A stretch of DNA of 63,683 nt, counting the filler, from Octopus bimaculoides (lineage: Eukaryota): NCBI RefSeq assembly GCF_001194135.2. It is 6 parts of 6 records of this genome, joined end to end, with 100 filler letters (N's around TTAATTAATTAA, not from the genome) between each part and the next. Parts side by side here need not be neighbours in the genome. Positions count along the whole stretch, not along the records: positions 1 to 18,943 come from NC_068996.1; positions 19,044 to 37,836 come from NC_068986.1; 4 more parts are not named here. One strand, given 5' to 3'. A model generated the notes under the pieces. It was not told the DNA's origin. It saw nothing but the letters and a program-made list of their open reading frames with translations, and made no database searches. The translations under genes and the position numbers were made by a program. Shown in pieces: positions 11,251 to 24,240 of the stretch. The stretch's first letter is position 1. Every line of letters begins with the position of its first letter.

Positions 11251-14200
11251 TATATATATATGTTTTAAATAGTACATGAAAGATATAATTTCAGATAAGT
11301 GATATGAAAACAGTAATTATCTTTTACTATATGAGTAAATGAAGAGTTAAAAATAATTCTGATGAATAAATTTAAAATCAGATTGATCTGTTTGTTGTTA
11401 GGGAAAACCTAAGGCACTTGTTTTTAAAAAGAAATTTCTTCTAAGCTATAGATTAAAGCTACAACCATGTAATAATGCTGAACTGGATTAAAGCTGTTTC
11501 ATCTGCAATATTTTTAGCAAGTATCACAGTCATGCCACTCACAGAGTTCTATAAGCATGCATCATGGTAGTACTTGACAATTCTTTCTTTCTTTAACAAC
11601 CTCTCAAAGAATTGTCTGCGTTTGTATTTTTGTATTTCACTCATTGATGTAAAAAAAAAAAAAAAAAAAAAAAAAAGGTCTCATTTTGTTGCCAAATAAA
11701 AATAACTCAGACACACTGGTTCATCCTTGTTTATCCATTTAGAATTCCAAATAGCTTTCAAAATATTCTACACAAAGGATTAAATATACACCTTATAGCA
11801 ATTACAGTTCGTTTTTCTTTTTATTCATATAGGATTAAACAACTAGTAGCAGTATATCACTGGTATGAATTTTTAGAGTTTCTACATTAAATGTAGAGGT
11901 ATTTAGTCTGCCTGCCTTCTGTAACAAATGAACCCTATACTAACTTGCAATAGTTGTTGTTGCATAGCCTCAAGCTGACCTTCATTAGATGGACTCAAGA
12001 GAATAGTGTTATGTGGCCATTATTTCTAGCAGACGGAGTGAGCATGTAGAGTGTTATTAGAGAGAGGGAGGAACAGAGAGACAAATATACTAATGGTCCA
12101 TACAACCATTAGTAAAACTTAATTATTGACAATAACATAGGAAAATCTTAAAAGCTCATTGCTGCATATTAGAGAAAGAGATATCAAAACTTCTGAATAC
12201 TTTAAAGACCACCAGGTACTTAGAAATATGAAAGATAATTTCCTACTTTCATCTTCAATCAGTTTATATATATATATAATGTAAATAGTATGGTTAAGTG
12301 GAACATTTTATTTTTTGTGCAATACATGAAACTGCTCAGTATGCACCGAGTTTCAGAGTGGTGTGTGTGTGCGTGTGTGTACATTACACATACATACACA
12401 CAAGCCTAATGCATGGAATCATTTCGTACCATGGTCATACTTGCATCATTGTATCTTTTGCTTCTCAAACCACTGCGGAAAGTAGGTGTGTCCAGATTCC
12501 CGAATCTACTAGTGGCATGAAAGTAACTACAGACAACACTAAATATATGTGAATGTGTATATATACACACACATACAGTGTTATTAAATTAGTTAATACA
12601 CAATATTTCATTACTAAAATGGCACCGAATAAGTTTATATAAATATATAAATTTAGTTCTGACTATGTAACTGAGACCATCATTTTTACAAAATACTGTG
12701 GCCTAATCAATCAAGCCTCAGCTTGAGAAAGTAAACTGGTATGTACATTTGTATGCTTGCGTAGAATTCCAGAATATTTTTCCTTAATATTTTTTCTACA
12801 AGTCCCAAACTTATTTCCACTCATCCCATGTTATCATGCTATCATAAATGTTGTTTCCCCCAAAATATGAAAGCTTAGAAGCATGCCAACAATCCAATGG
12901 TAATGTAATATTGATAAAGTTTCTCCTAAATGAAAGTATTTTTATAAAAGCTTAGCTGCATGTTGTGCCTACAGTGAATGTAGGGACAACATTCAAGTGT
13001 TAGTTGCTGTATTGACCACAGTTAACTATTTCACTCTGGTTCATTTTATCGATCTCTATCTTTCAAACTGCTAAGTTGCAGAACATGTACACATACAATG
13101 GGCTTCTGTAGATTCATACTCAAAAGTACTGGCCAACCCAAGGCTATTGTTGAAAGAACTTGTCTAGGAACTGAACCCAGAATTCTGTGGATGTGATGTA
13201 GATTTCTTAGATGTATACTAATTGATAAACTTTTTCTTTCTTTTCAATTAACTGCAAAAGTTATGAAATTCAGAAAATACTAAATAGTAAATTATAATGA
13301 AAGTGTTAATCTTGAAAGGATTTAAATATGTCTTTGTAAGCAAAAAGGAATCCATCTTTTGTAGTGATCATATTGGTAACCATTTATCAAAACACCTTAA
13401 TTTTATCTTGTCTACACCTTTTGTTTGTTTGTTTGTTCAGGAGTTTTTGTTTGCTTTTTTTTAAATTTTAAATATAAGATTCTGAGTTTTCTTTTTTGAA
13501 ACTTGATAAATTTTTATCTTTATCAGTTTATAATACACACACAAACACACATATACATACACACAAAGGAGTCTTATCTGAGTAAACTGTAAGATAACAT
13601 TTCTGTAAAAGCATAAAACAATGTTAAATATCTCTTTCTAAATTTATTTTTATCTTAAAAAAAAAAGGGAAAAAAGTGAGTATTATAAAGAAAAGTTGTG
13701 AAATCAATTCCTAACAGTCAATATATATATCAGTTACTTCATAAATATGTAGACATGCATTCTGAAACACCAAGCATACAACAAAGATCTTTCAAAAGCT
13801 ATATATTTACATGTACGAAAATGAGAGTATGTATGCATGATTTGATTATTATTACTATTTTTTTTTTATCTAAAAAAAAAAAAAAAAAAAAAAAAAAACT
13901 GATTCCAATCTCTATAGTTTACATTTTAAAACATATCTTTTTTATTTTTGTTGTTGTTCAACAATTAAGTTTTCTCATGATACTATTAAATTATTGGCAA
14001 AAAAATATAGTCACTATTTATAAAAATCTAATCTGCACACAAATGAGCATTTCAAAAGAAGGAATCACAAAATATATTTACAACCTCATTGTTTCTTTAA
14101 GAAAAAAAATCAAGAAAATTTAAGATTATGCTCAGCATAACAGCATATTAGAAATTAAAATTAAATTTACAAATATACATAAAAAAGATAGTTTCTTAAA

Positions 14201-16519
14201 AAAAATTCCACTGATCAATATTCACTTTTTTTTTTTTTACAACTTCATAGCCACATTTAAAATGTGGTTTCTGATTCAGCAAAATATCCAATGAAAAATA
14301 TGCAACAATTTATAATAGTTTTAACAAAGGTAACTTTTAACATTTTAGGAAGGAAAAGAAAACAAATTACAATATGGACATTTTCCTTAAATGTTAAAAA
14401 TAAAAAGAATTTTTTTTGTTTTTGCATTTTTTTTTCCAGAAATTTAATGTAACAATACTGTATTTGGATGAGAAATCTTTTAAAAACTGGTGCAAGTTTG
14501 TTAATTAATTTAATTAATTTGAAGTAATATGCCCTACCTAGATCTATGTGAAAGTCTTTCTGGTAGAATATGCTCTTCACAGTTACTGTTTTCACCTATT
14601 ACCACTCAATTTTTAATCTGAAGATGTTTGATCATTACAGGTGATCAAAATATTTTTGTATACAACTTTCCTATCACAATGCCAGATTTGAGAGATTCAA
14701 GATTAATAATTATCCACAGCTTTTTAGCCATTTTAGGGTAACCAACATTAACTATATTTTTGTGTTTGTGGAATACAATGATGTACGATAATTCAAACAT
14801 GGTTCTGAAAATATTTGATTAAATTAAGGTACATGGAATATGTTTGTTAGCTAAAACTCCCAAAATACTATGAACAGATAGATTGATCTAAGTACTTTCA
14901 AATCTAATGCAGTCAAACAGAAAACAATCTAAAATTGTAAAAAGAACTTAAAAACAAAAACACTTGGGGTGGGTGAGTCTATATTTTTAGTTTCCTAATC
15001 TACACAATTTACAAGAGCTGCAACATAATTAGCATCTAGAAATGCTTTATGCAGATTTGGATTAAAAAACAACTTCAACCTACAATCAATAAATTATGGC
15101 ACAAAAAAAAAAGAAAAAAAAACATCCACAATGACTGTCAGGATCCCTCACACAAAATAGAATTTTAAAGATTGATTTAGTTTGTTGTAAGTTGCAAAAT
15201 ATTTTAATGGACACAAAAGAAATGAAATGAAGTTTTTATCTGGAACTGAATCGTCTTTGTTTAGGCATCTTAAACCAATGATTAAATTATATGAACCTCA
15301 ATGAATGAAATAAATAAATGCTGAAGCACCAAATTAAAATCAAACATCAAGACAAACATTAGCTTGATATTTGTATTTGTCTTTTAAAAAATATCANNNN
15401 NNNNNNNNNNNNNNNNNNNNNNNNNNNNNNNNNNNNNNNNNNNNNNNNNNNNNNNNNNNNNNNNNNNNNNNNNNNNNNNNNNNNNNNNNNNNNNNNNNNN
15501 NNNNNNNNNNNNNNNNNNNNNNNNNNNNNNNNNNNNNNNNNNNNNNNNNNNNNNNNNNNNNNNNNNNNNNNNNNNNNNNNNNNNNNNNNNNNNNNNNNNN
15601 NNNNNNNNNNNNNNNNNNNNNNNNNNNNNNNNNNNNNNNNNNNNNNNNNNNNNAAGCTCTGGCCTTTGTACATAGTCTTTTTTTTTTAGTTTTTAATTAA
15701 GACAAAGAACTGAAATCTTTCAGGAAACAAACAAAAAAATAATAAACTATATTAATATGATTTTAAGAAATTTCTTCGACATATCTGCTTATTAAACCTT
15801 TGGATTTTCTTTAAGTAGTTTATTTTAAAAGCAGAAAGAAAAATAAAAAGGAGTGGGGTATCAAATAAATGTTAAAATAATTTACCAAAATAAATTAAAA
15901 TTTTTCTCAAGCAGATATAGAACCTTAGGAAATTTCAGCAGTTAATTTTTATTCCTCCTCCCCTATAACACTGAAGTGAATATTTTAAATGAAAATTCAC
16001 CAGAAAAGTACCAAAACTAAACTAAGAGTCTCACAGCCTGTGTTTATGTAGTCTAACTTGATTATTTATATGGAAATGAGAAGGCAATATGGATCAGTTC
16101 AAAAGGTAATAGATGAAATTTAGTATAACCTTTATGACTCTCAAACATTCTCCATGGAAAGTAAAAAGGCATCATTATGTGTAAAGGATGGCTATAAAAC
16201 CTTGTTTAAAAAATCATTAAATTGCAAGATTCAACAGAAAAATGAAGGGAAGTGGAATGAGTAAATACAAACAAGTATTTTGCTAATATAAATTATCTAA
16301 AAATCTTTGAATTTAAGAACAGCTGGATATTTTTTTTTTAGATATCAATGTGAACAAGTTTTTTTTTTATGTATATTATTATAGAGAAGTGGCAATGTCC
16401 AGAAATGGAGATATTTCAGAATTATAAAGAGTTAGACAAAGAAGCTTATAGCAGCAAACTTAGAACCACTGAGGATAACAGCAGATAAAGCTTTAGAAAC
16501 TTGTGATTCACCAGTGACT

Positions 16520-16719
16520 TTAACCCTTTGGATACCAACTCATCTAGACCACCTCTGGTTCTAGAATACAAACATCCTGTTTTAAAGTAATCTAAATTAA
16601 AACCTTCCATCAAAAGTTCATGTTCCAGAATCCAGCTTAATTTAGACAAAGTTATTTTTCAGAATTAACAGAAACAAAGACAATGATCTCAACAGAAATA
16701 TGGTGACAAAAATGGTTAA
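16520..16719. mobile_element. Short TTAA-flanked element, piggyBac-like MITE
   Basis: Begins TTAA-CCCTTT and ends AAATGG-TTAA (degenerate AAAGGG-TTAA). TTAA target plus CCC termini is the piggyBac signature. Confidence 0.5.
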
Positions 16720-18899
16720 ATTACCCCACAGACAAATGGTTTAATAATATTCATCTATAAAATATGTAAATTGTACTGCTGCTATATCTTTTTGACGTAG
16801 AAATTTTGATTAAATAAGAAATTATGTAAATATAAATTGAAAGAAATGCTTTACGCTATTTTTCATATTTTCTTTCTCAGCAATTCAAATATACAGATTG
16901 GAACATGAATATAATACTGATTAAATAGTTTGAAATAATGAATATGAGAAAAGGAAAACCTGGTGGATAGGGGGAAAAAAAAAATCATTTTTAAAGATCT
17001 AATCACAGAAGAATTTGAAAAAAGAAGTGTGGCACCTCTGACCAATTTTCTGGCCAAATCCAAGAGTTTGATTTTGTGAAACAAATTAGTTGTTATTTCT
17101 ACTATTCCAGATTTATACTAAATTGGATATGCTAGTTTATGTACTAGTTTCAAAAAATTATTAATCAGTGCATCATCAAAAAGAGAAAATAGAACTTGAA
17201 GTTTCAGTAAATTACATTCAGTGTAATTAGAAAAGCTGTAATTAATGACAGTTCAAGTAATTAAACTGGTCAAAACATTTGAATCATCAAGTATATTAGA
17301 AGAGAACAAAGTAGACAGATTTAAAATAGTAGGTAGTTACACAAGGACATACACATTGCAAATTATTTTGGTTTGTAACTTCATTTCATGTAGAAATAAA
17401 GATTTCTTCAAAAAAAAAACAAAAAAACCTCAAATGCCTTAGGCCTAAATCTGAACTTCTTGTTCACCTAACAAAAATCTACAAAGTCAAGGATAGGGAA
17501 TACAGGAATTTGAAACATTTGTTTCATAAATTCCTTTCACAGTAAAATCTTCAACCTCAGATCTCATGGGGAACATCTTTCAATGCAGTATATTTTTTAA
17601 TGGTTTAAAATTAGAATAAAATACTTAGAACTTAGGAAAAGTTATATGTAAGGTGTATATGTGAAGAATTATATCATTATACGATATATTGAAGTAAAAA
17701 ATGCACACATACGTTACAATGTTTTATGTTGAGATGAATTTAAATTTAGCAAGTTAAAAACAATGTCAAATGCTTGAGTTAGCTAAAACTTCTGTCACCA
17801 GTTGGTCAGTATTTATAATAAATATAGAAGGTATTAATATGTAAAAGATATAATCTAGTATCAAACATTAAAATTATTAAACTGCCATGTGTATGAAGCG
17901 TATCATCAGCTCAGTGAGAATTTTGTTGTGTTATTCTGCCAATTCAATTTTTCCCATAAATTATTACAGGAAATAATTTTGAAATTTACAAAATATTAAA
18001 ATGTTACTTATTAAGAGATTAAACAAATCTTAACATTCCATTCTTAGTGTTTCCTAAGAGAATTGGAATCTGATCTGATTTTCAAATGATTCACTTGCAT
18101 GAAAGGTGAGGATGCTTGCTATAATATCAACATTATACCAGCTTTCATGTTCACAGGATTTAGCTAACGATGGACAAGTCATTAGTTCAGGCTGCAGTTT
18201 GAATAAAAGCTTAATAAAACAAGACTTATATTCAAGTAGTGTTAAGTATATCCGTCATTAAATATATCCAGTACATATATTTTAATAAAATCTTGGATTC
18301 ATAGGAAAATAGAAAACCTCAAAAGAGAGCACAATGTATGTATATATATATATCTATATCTATATATATATAAATATATATATATATATAGATATATATA
18401 TTATATTAAGGGAATTGTTTTAATAACAATATTTTTTAATCTTTTTTCTTTTCTTTCCTTTTTTTTTTTTACTTTCAATTTATAATAAACATCTTGGGGT
18501 AAATAATTTCCCAGATATTAATTTATGGTTTTGAAAAAGTAAATTATGCCACATCAAAGAGTAAATAAAACAAAAAGAACCTGAGCTGCTGCAAGATTTT
18601 CAAATGGTTAGAAAAACTATTATTTTATTACAAATTAAATGTTGACTTAAAAAAAAAGTGAATCTAAATCTAACCAATCTGTTTTGTAATATTGAACAAT
18701 TTATAAAAGTGGTTCTTTCTCATTTAATTTTTTTATTATTTTTATAATTTTAAAAAACTCTATAAATGCTAGATTTATTTTCAAACACGTTAATGCAAAG
18801 ATGAGGGTTTGCTGAATCATTTTAGATTTAGATTATTTTGACAACTTCAGTATTAGTTATATGTTTTAACAGAAAACGGGGAGACTGTTTGTTTGCTAC

Positions 18900-18943
<44 letters not shown>

Positions 18944-19214
18944 NNNNNNNNNNNNNNNNNNNNNNNNNNNNNNNNNNNNNNNNNNNNTTAATTAATTAAN
19001 NNNNNNNNNNNNNNNNNNNNNNNNNNNNNNNNNNNNNNNNNNNAGGTGTGTGTTTTTCTGTCTGTTTGTCTGTATGTATGTATGTACGTACGTATGTATG
19101 TATGTATGTATGTATGTATGTATACGTGCTGATATGTATACCTGCAGATATGTATTCTTTTGCTTTATGTAATCTTCTCATGCATATACTTGCATATCAA
19201 GATATTGTCATATA

Positions 19215-19490
19215 TACTTAAATGATAAGCTTCCGGAAAGTTTTACAGATTTTTACAGTTCCTGTGATGGCTTGGGTCTGTAGTCCTTGAATTAGCTTTC
19301 TCCATTTCGGTTTTGAGAAATTTAATTCCTCAAGATTGGTATTAGGCAGTGTGTTGCATACCCCAGTGACCCAATATTTACAGGTATAGACCTGATATTC
19401 AGCTTTATGCTAACATCCGCTGATTTCCACAACTTGGGGAGATTTCAAACTTGGGCTCTCATTTCTACCAACAGCTGATTTCCAACTGTA
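19215..19490. repeat. Interspersed repeat fragment of uncertain class
   Basis: Composition differs sharply from the flanks, and I recall similar sequence as a dispersed octopus repeat; not verified. Confidence 0.35.
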
Positions 19491-19731
19491 TGTATGTATG
19501 TATGTATTTATAAAGTATTCATGAAAAAGCTTCTGAAGCCAAAACCGGACTAAAACTTTGTATCGATTAAGTGATTGACTGAAGAATTTGCTCTTTATAA
19601 AATAACAGAGCTCACATTTAATAAGAAAATTTTAATTAGAAGCCGTTAATGTAACTCTAAAATGATGTAAAATATTGCACAAGTTTAGACTGTTGTATTT
19701 ATGTATACGCGTCTTATGCTATGTATACTGT

Positions 19732-20053
19732 TCATATATACACATCAGATGTGATCTTGACCTGCTTGCTGATGACTTTCATCAATGTGCTGAGCTTATT
19801 GTTGTTAATGGTCTGGATCTGCTTGATGTCTGCCAGCGAAGAATATGACGACATACATGGATAGATGACGCTTGCTACTAGTGGCCTCCAGAACTTTCCA
19901 AATCAGAACATAAAGGATTCGGCCACATCCAAGACGGTGATGTTCTCCGAAACAATATGGTCAGCAGTTAGAGATACGTTTGCAGCAAACTTGTACATGT
20001 TCTGTGATGTTGATGCTGATATTGGGTCTGCCATATTGATGCTGTCAATAAAT
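19732..20053 (-). CDS. Candidate terminal exon of an unidentified gene
   Basis: Acceptor TTTTGTTCTATAG at 20054 and a relatively GC-rich island. The phase-2 frame reads FIDSINMADPISASTSQNMYKFAANVSLTADHIVSENITVLDVAESFMF* and stays open 56 more codons. The phase-1 frame reads DLLTASIWQTQYQHQHHRTCTSLLQTYL*. The true frame is undetermined. Confidence 0.4.
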
Positions 20054-20272
20054 CTATAGAACAAAATAACGAACAATTCAATATTTCAAGACTGGGGCGT
20101 AAATTTCAGCACAACACCCGTAATTTCGAGTGGGGGTGGGGGTATGAGTCGATTATATCAGTACCAGTGCTCAACAGAAATTTATTTTCTGTATTTAAGA
20201 GATGAGGATTTATGTACATTATTTACGTTATTTACATTTGACGGACATTTGTCCTCATCTTGTTTGTTGTTA

Positions 20273-20316
20273 ACACAACGTTTCGGCTGATATACATTCC
20301 AGCCTTCATCAGGTGT
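20273..20316 (-). ncRNA. Minimal type I hammerhead ribozyme
   Basis: Minus strand reads ACAC-CUGAUGA-A-GGCUGG-aaugtaua-UCAGCC-GAAA-CG-UU-GUGU: intact core, stem I, stem II and a palindromic AACGUU stem III. Confidence 0.8.
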
Positions 20317-20362
20317 CCTGGGGAAATTTTGAACCTGAGTTCTCATTCGATGTTGTTGTTGC

Positions 20363-20393
<31 letters not shown>

Positions 20394-20397
20394 ATTA

Positions 20398-20446
<49 letters not shown>

Positions 20447-20756
20447 GTTGTTGTTGTTGTTGTTGTTATTGTTATTATTTATGTCACTTGGGGATAGTAG
20501 CCCGCGCTCTTAACCACTACGCCATATGCTCGTGGGCAATTATAGAGTGAATTTTAGGGCTTATGAATCTAATATTTTCCTATCCTTCCTTAATACTGGT
20601 TCCCATACACTACTCATATCTGCACTCGGTCGGCTTCGGAGGCACATATACTAGGACACAACAATCTCCTAAGCAGATATCAATAGCTTATGGGAGCCGG
20701 TATTAAGGAAGGATAGGAAAATATTAGATTTATAAGCCCTAAAATTCACTCCATGA

Positions 20757-20821
20757 TTGCCCACGAGCATATGGCGTTGTGGTTAAGAGCGTGGTCTACT
20801 AACCCCAATATTCCGAGTTCG
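20757..20821 (+). promoter_or_regulatory. tRNA-derived head with pol III A and B boxes (mirror copy on the minus strand at ~20487-20540)
   Basis: TGGCGTTGTGG (A box), an anticodon-like arm gtctactaacc, and GAGTTCG (truncated B box). Confidence 0.7.
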
Positions 20822-20855
<34 letters not shown>

Positions 20856-20914
20856 CAACAACAACATCGAAAAATACCTTAGGATTGAGAACCCAGATTC
20901 GAAATTTTCCCAAG

Positions 20915-20958
20915 ACACCTGATGAAGACTGGAGGGTATATCAGCCGAAACGTTGTGT
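20915..20958 (+). ncRNA. Minimal type I hammerhead ribozyme (one stem II substitution)
   Basis: ACAC-CUGAUGA-A-GACUGG-agggtaua-UCAGCC-GAAA-CG-UU-GUGU. Confidence 0.75.
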
Positions 20959-22063
20959 TAACAACAAACAAGACGAGGACAAATATCCAGTAAATGCAAA
21001 TAATGTAAGGTATTTATTTTATCAGCCTGGCAGGGATGAACGGCAAAATTGATCTCTCCGGAATTTGAGCACAGATTCAAGCAGGTCGCTACCTTAAGAG
21101 TGTATAATTTTAAGCTGGGGTCCACTTCTCATTTTGGCTCGCAAAGGTTTTCTCAAAAAAAAAAAAGTTAAATATAACAACTCGACGAATCCTTTATATA
21201 TTGGTATGTATAGGTAAGAAAAAAAAACACGTACCCACACAATAAAATGTCTACACGCACACATATATACATAGTACGTAGGTAGATTTATACATGGCCA
21301 CCTAGTCGATATTTTGTAAATTCCAATGTAATAGCTTAAATGGACTCTTTTTCTATCTCTGATAGTTTTACTTGAAAAATTTTACATGTTTATATTTTAG
21401 TAATAAATATATTTAATATTTACATATATAAGTAAATAGTAAGAAAACGGAGGGAAAACATGGTTAAAAAACGAATAATAAATCAACTTGTTTATGCAGG
21501 AACTATCCAGTTACGTCCGTCCCTACAGTTAATGAATAAAATATTACAATATTAGGGATTATCAACAGGTGCTACACTTGTGGAAACTGTAAATTTTTCT
21601 GCTATCCGTGTTACTAGTTGCCAATGTCTTGGTTGTTCGTAATGTCGTTGCTGTTGTTGTGGCTGTTGTTGTTGTAGAAGGTATCAATGTCATACGTGTT
21701 GTCGATGTTGTTGTTCCCTTCTTTTAGACTTTCTCCGCTTCCTTAGCAGTATCGTTTATCAGAATGATTTATAATAAGATGTCGAGGAAGTACATAATTC
21801 AAATTAAACATTTGGATAGATGATCCTTGGCCTTTCAATTTCTAAATGCGTACATATGGTTGTATGTACATATATACATACAAACAAATATACATACATA
21901 CATATATGCATACATACATACATGTATACATACATACATACATATATATATATATATANNNNNNNNNNNNNNNNNNNNNNNNNNNNNNNNNNNNNNNNNN
22001 NNNNNNNNNNNNNNNNNNNNNNNNNNNNNNNNNNNNNNNNNNNNNNNNNNNNNNNNNNNNNNN

Positions 22064-22110
<47 letters not shown>

Positions 22111-22199
22111 TATTCTGTACTACCCTCGAGTTACTAAATACCGTTATTGAATAGTATATCATGTGAAGATTTGCGCAGATTTGATAAATCTTCATTCAT

Positions 22200-22560
22200 G
22201 TTGAATTTAAACATACAATGAAGAGAGGATAGTTACATAATCTTAAAAGTAGGACAGACACAGTCCAAGAAAATAAGCGGTAGAACATGGGTCGGGAACA
22301 TAATATCCTGTGTTATTTATTTACGTCTATTTACCTCTGAGTACAACAAACCCCGTCTCGAGTTCATCCTTTCAAGATTGAAGCACATGATGTATCGGCC
22401 GGACTCCATTTCAGTCAACTGTACGCGACTACTTTCTCTTTTGCTTCAAGACTGTGTTTGAATATGAGGCAAAATATGTATTGTTAATTGCATTTCTAAA
22501 TTAGGTATTCGTTTGAACGGAATTTTGTGGAGGCATATGATGTCATGAATATTGCAGTAG
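22200..22560. repeat. Interspersed repeat fragment, possibly from a DNA transposon
   Basis: Recalled similarity to a dispersed octopus repeat; not verified. Confidence 0.3.
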
Positions 22561-23446
22561 TTACCCATTTTAAAGCTGTTTAAACAATAAATTAAATTTT
22601 GTAATGATTACATCTGTAAGGGAAGCAAATGTTCAACATTTAATAGAGAAACCGGGCAATTAATGATTGCAATTAAGACATACTCATTAAATAAATATAA
22701 CAATTACAGGGTAGAGAAAGAGGCAGGGATATTCAGGACATAGAAGACTAGTACGTTACTGCTGAATAAGCTGCAAAATAAAAGAAAAACAAACCCACCT
22801 AGCAAACAATAAATAGAATAATATTATTGAAATGCATACAACGCACCAGCAATTCTTTCTTCGAGTATATTAGAGAAAACTCCTTAAAATAATTTAGTCA
22901 CAATATACAGATCATATAAAGTAGTGTATGGTTTAACAAGGAAAAGGTGGAAAAAGAATGGTTTGGTATTAACAAGTATTTTCAAGGCATTGAACATCGT
23001 GAGTTGAATCGGTGCAGGCAAAACCAAACTGAAGTGGAGGAGAGCGCATGTTGGTGTTGGCAAAAATGTTGAGGAAGAGATAAACAAGGATAGCGGAGTA
23101 AGAAGAGGGTGGGGTAATGTGAATATGCAGACAGCAATGTAAAATAAAATATGAAATATGTTTTTGGAATGATAAATAAATGCATTTTATAAGATTAATT
23201 GGTTGGCAGTAACAACGAAAATGGCGGACACATAGATGTTGAAAAAATTACGAGAAAAAACGCCGTGCGTTGATGCATCACACAAGCAATATAGTATATT
23301 GCTTTTATACAATTAAGTGTATCAAGATTTTAGATATCAAAGTTGTTAACATCTATTCAAGGTCGTATTGAAAATCCAGATCATGAAATTGGTGGTCATA
23401 ATTTCAAACTAGTTATCCTTAGGATTTTTTTTTCTGCAATATGGGG

Positions 23447-23672
23447 TATCCCCATATTGGTTTCAAATTTTGGTACAACACCAGTAATTCCGGGGTAGGG
23501 GATAAGTCGATTACATCGATCTCTAGTGTACAACTGGTACTTATTTTATTGACCTGAAAGGATGAAAGGTAAAGTCGACCTCGGCGGAATTTGAACTCAG
23601 AATCTGAAGATGGATGAGATGTTGCTAAGCATTTCGCTCTGCATGCTGATGATCCTGTCAGCTCACCGAGTT
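23447..23672 (-). mobile_element. SINE family B
   Basis: aaagtcgacctcggcggaatttgaactcagaa core on the plus strand, i.e. reverse orientation. Confidence 0.88.
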
Positions 23673-23699
23673 GGGGCTTTCCTATATCAATAGGAATTC

Positions 23700-24240
23700 A
23701 TCAACCGCGTACACCAACTATTATATGAAAGCACATCCTCGTCTATTTTGCGATGTATACATACAATTGTACATATCAAAAGTGGGTTGGTGTTCAGCCT
23801 TGAAAAAATATTACAGCTTGTATAACAAACGTTCGAATATTTTCCACCGAAAGTATTCCGTAGGTTTTTTCTTCTCCCCTTCCAATTTCATTGACTTCTT
23901 CATTTCTAATATGCCTAATGAAGAACTACTCAATACCGTATAAAAGTAATATCTTTAAATGTCATCGTCAGTTTTGCAACTTTCGTTGCTCATTTTCCCG
24001 CTTCCCCGACAAAAGCAGTCTCCGCTATGACAATAGATATTCACAAGCGTATTTTGGTGTCTTGCTTGGTGGTGGAATTGAACACAGAAACATAGAAACT
24101 GGATGACTAGATGCTCAACTTTCTCTTCACATCACTTTCCGAATTTCCTTAGACGGCGATGCATCAATAATCTTCAGTGCCTCTCTCTTCAGCTTCATTT
24201 GCTTCTATTGCGCTTCCCCAATAATTATTCCTCTTGTGTG
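23700..24240 (-). pseudogene. Possible decayed pogo-like transposase N-terminus
   Basis: Minus strand reads MAHKRNNY...GNSESDVKRKLSI, loosely like pogo MAPKRxxY..GNRAAxRKFG. Heavily disrupted. Confidence 0.35.

Larger units (their letters stand above)
20193..21010. mobile_element. ~820-bp palindromic element: divergent tRNA-like heads, microsatellites and hammerhead-containing tails
   Basis: Arms 20193-20608 and 20689-21010 are inverted copies around an ~80-bp spacer. Confidence 0.9.
20100..21075 (-). mobile_element. SINE family B split in two (20100-20190 and 21011-21075) by the palindromic element
   Basis: The left part (gtcgattatatcagtaccagtgctcaac...ttatttt) and right part (ttatttttatcagcc...gatgaacggcaaa...ggaatttgagcacag) are contiguous in the other family B copies. 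Confidence 0.7.

Noticed and set aside
18988-18999. TTAATTAATTAA islands in the middle of N runs (also ~37881, 47546, 54040, 62541)
   Set aside because: An identical 12-mer with stops in all frames, centred in equal-sized gaps, is an assembly spacer rather than biology.
20757-20821. Functional tRNA genes (also the heads at 26534, 41326 and families A/B)
   Set aside because: Acceptor and T stems are incomplete and run into SINE bodies; they are tRNA-derived heads only.
21540-21780. Thr-rich or Asn-rich minus-strand reading frames
   Set aside because: All frames are closed by nearby stops with no convincing splice sites; probably degenerate (ACA)n.
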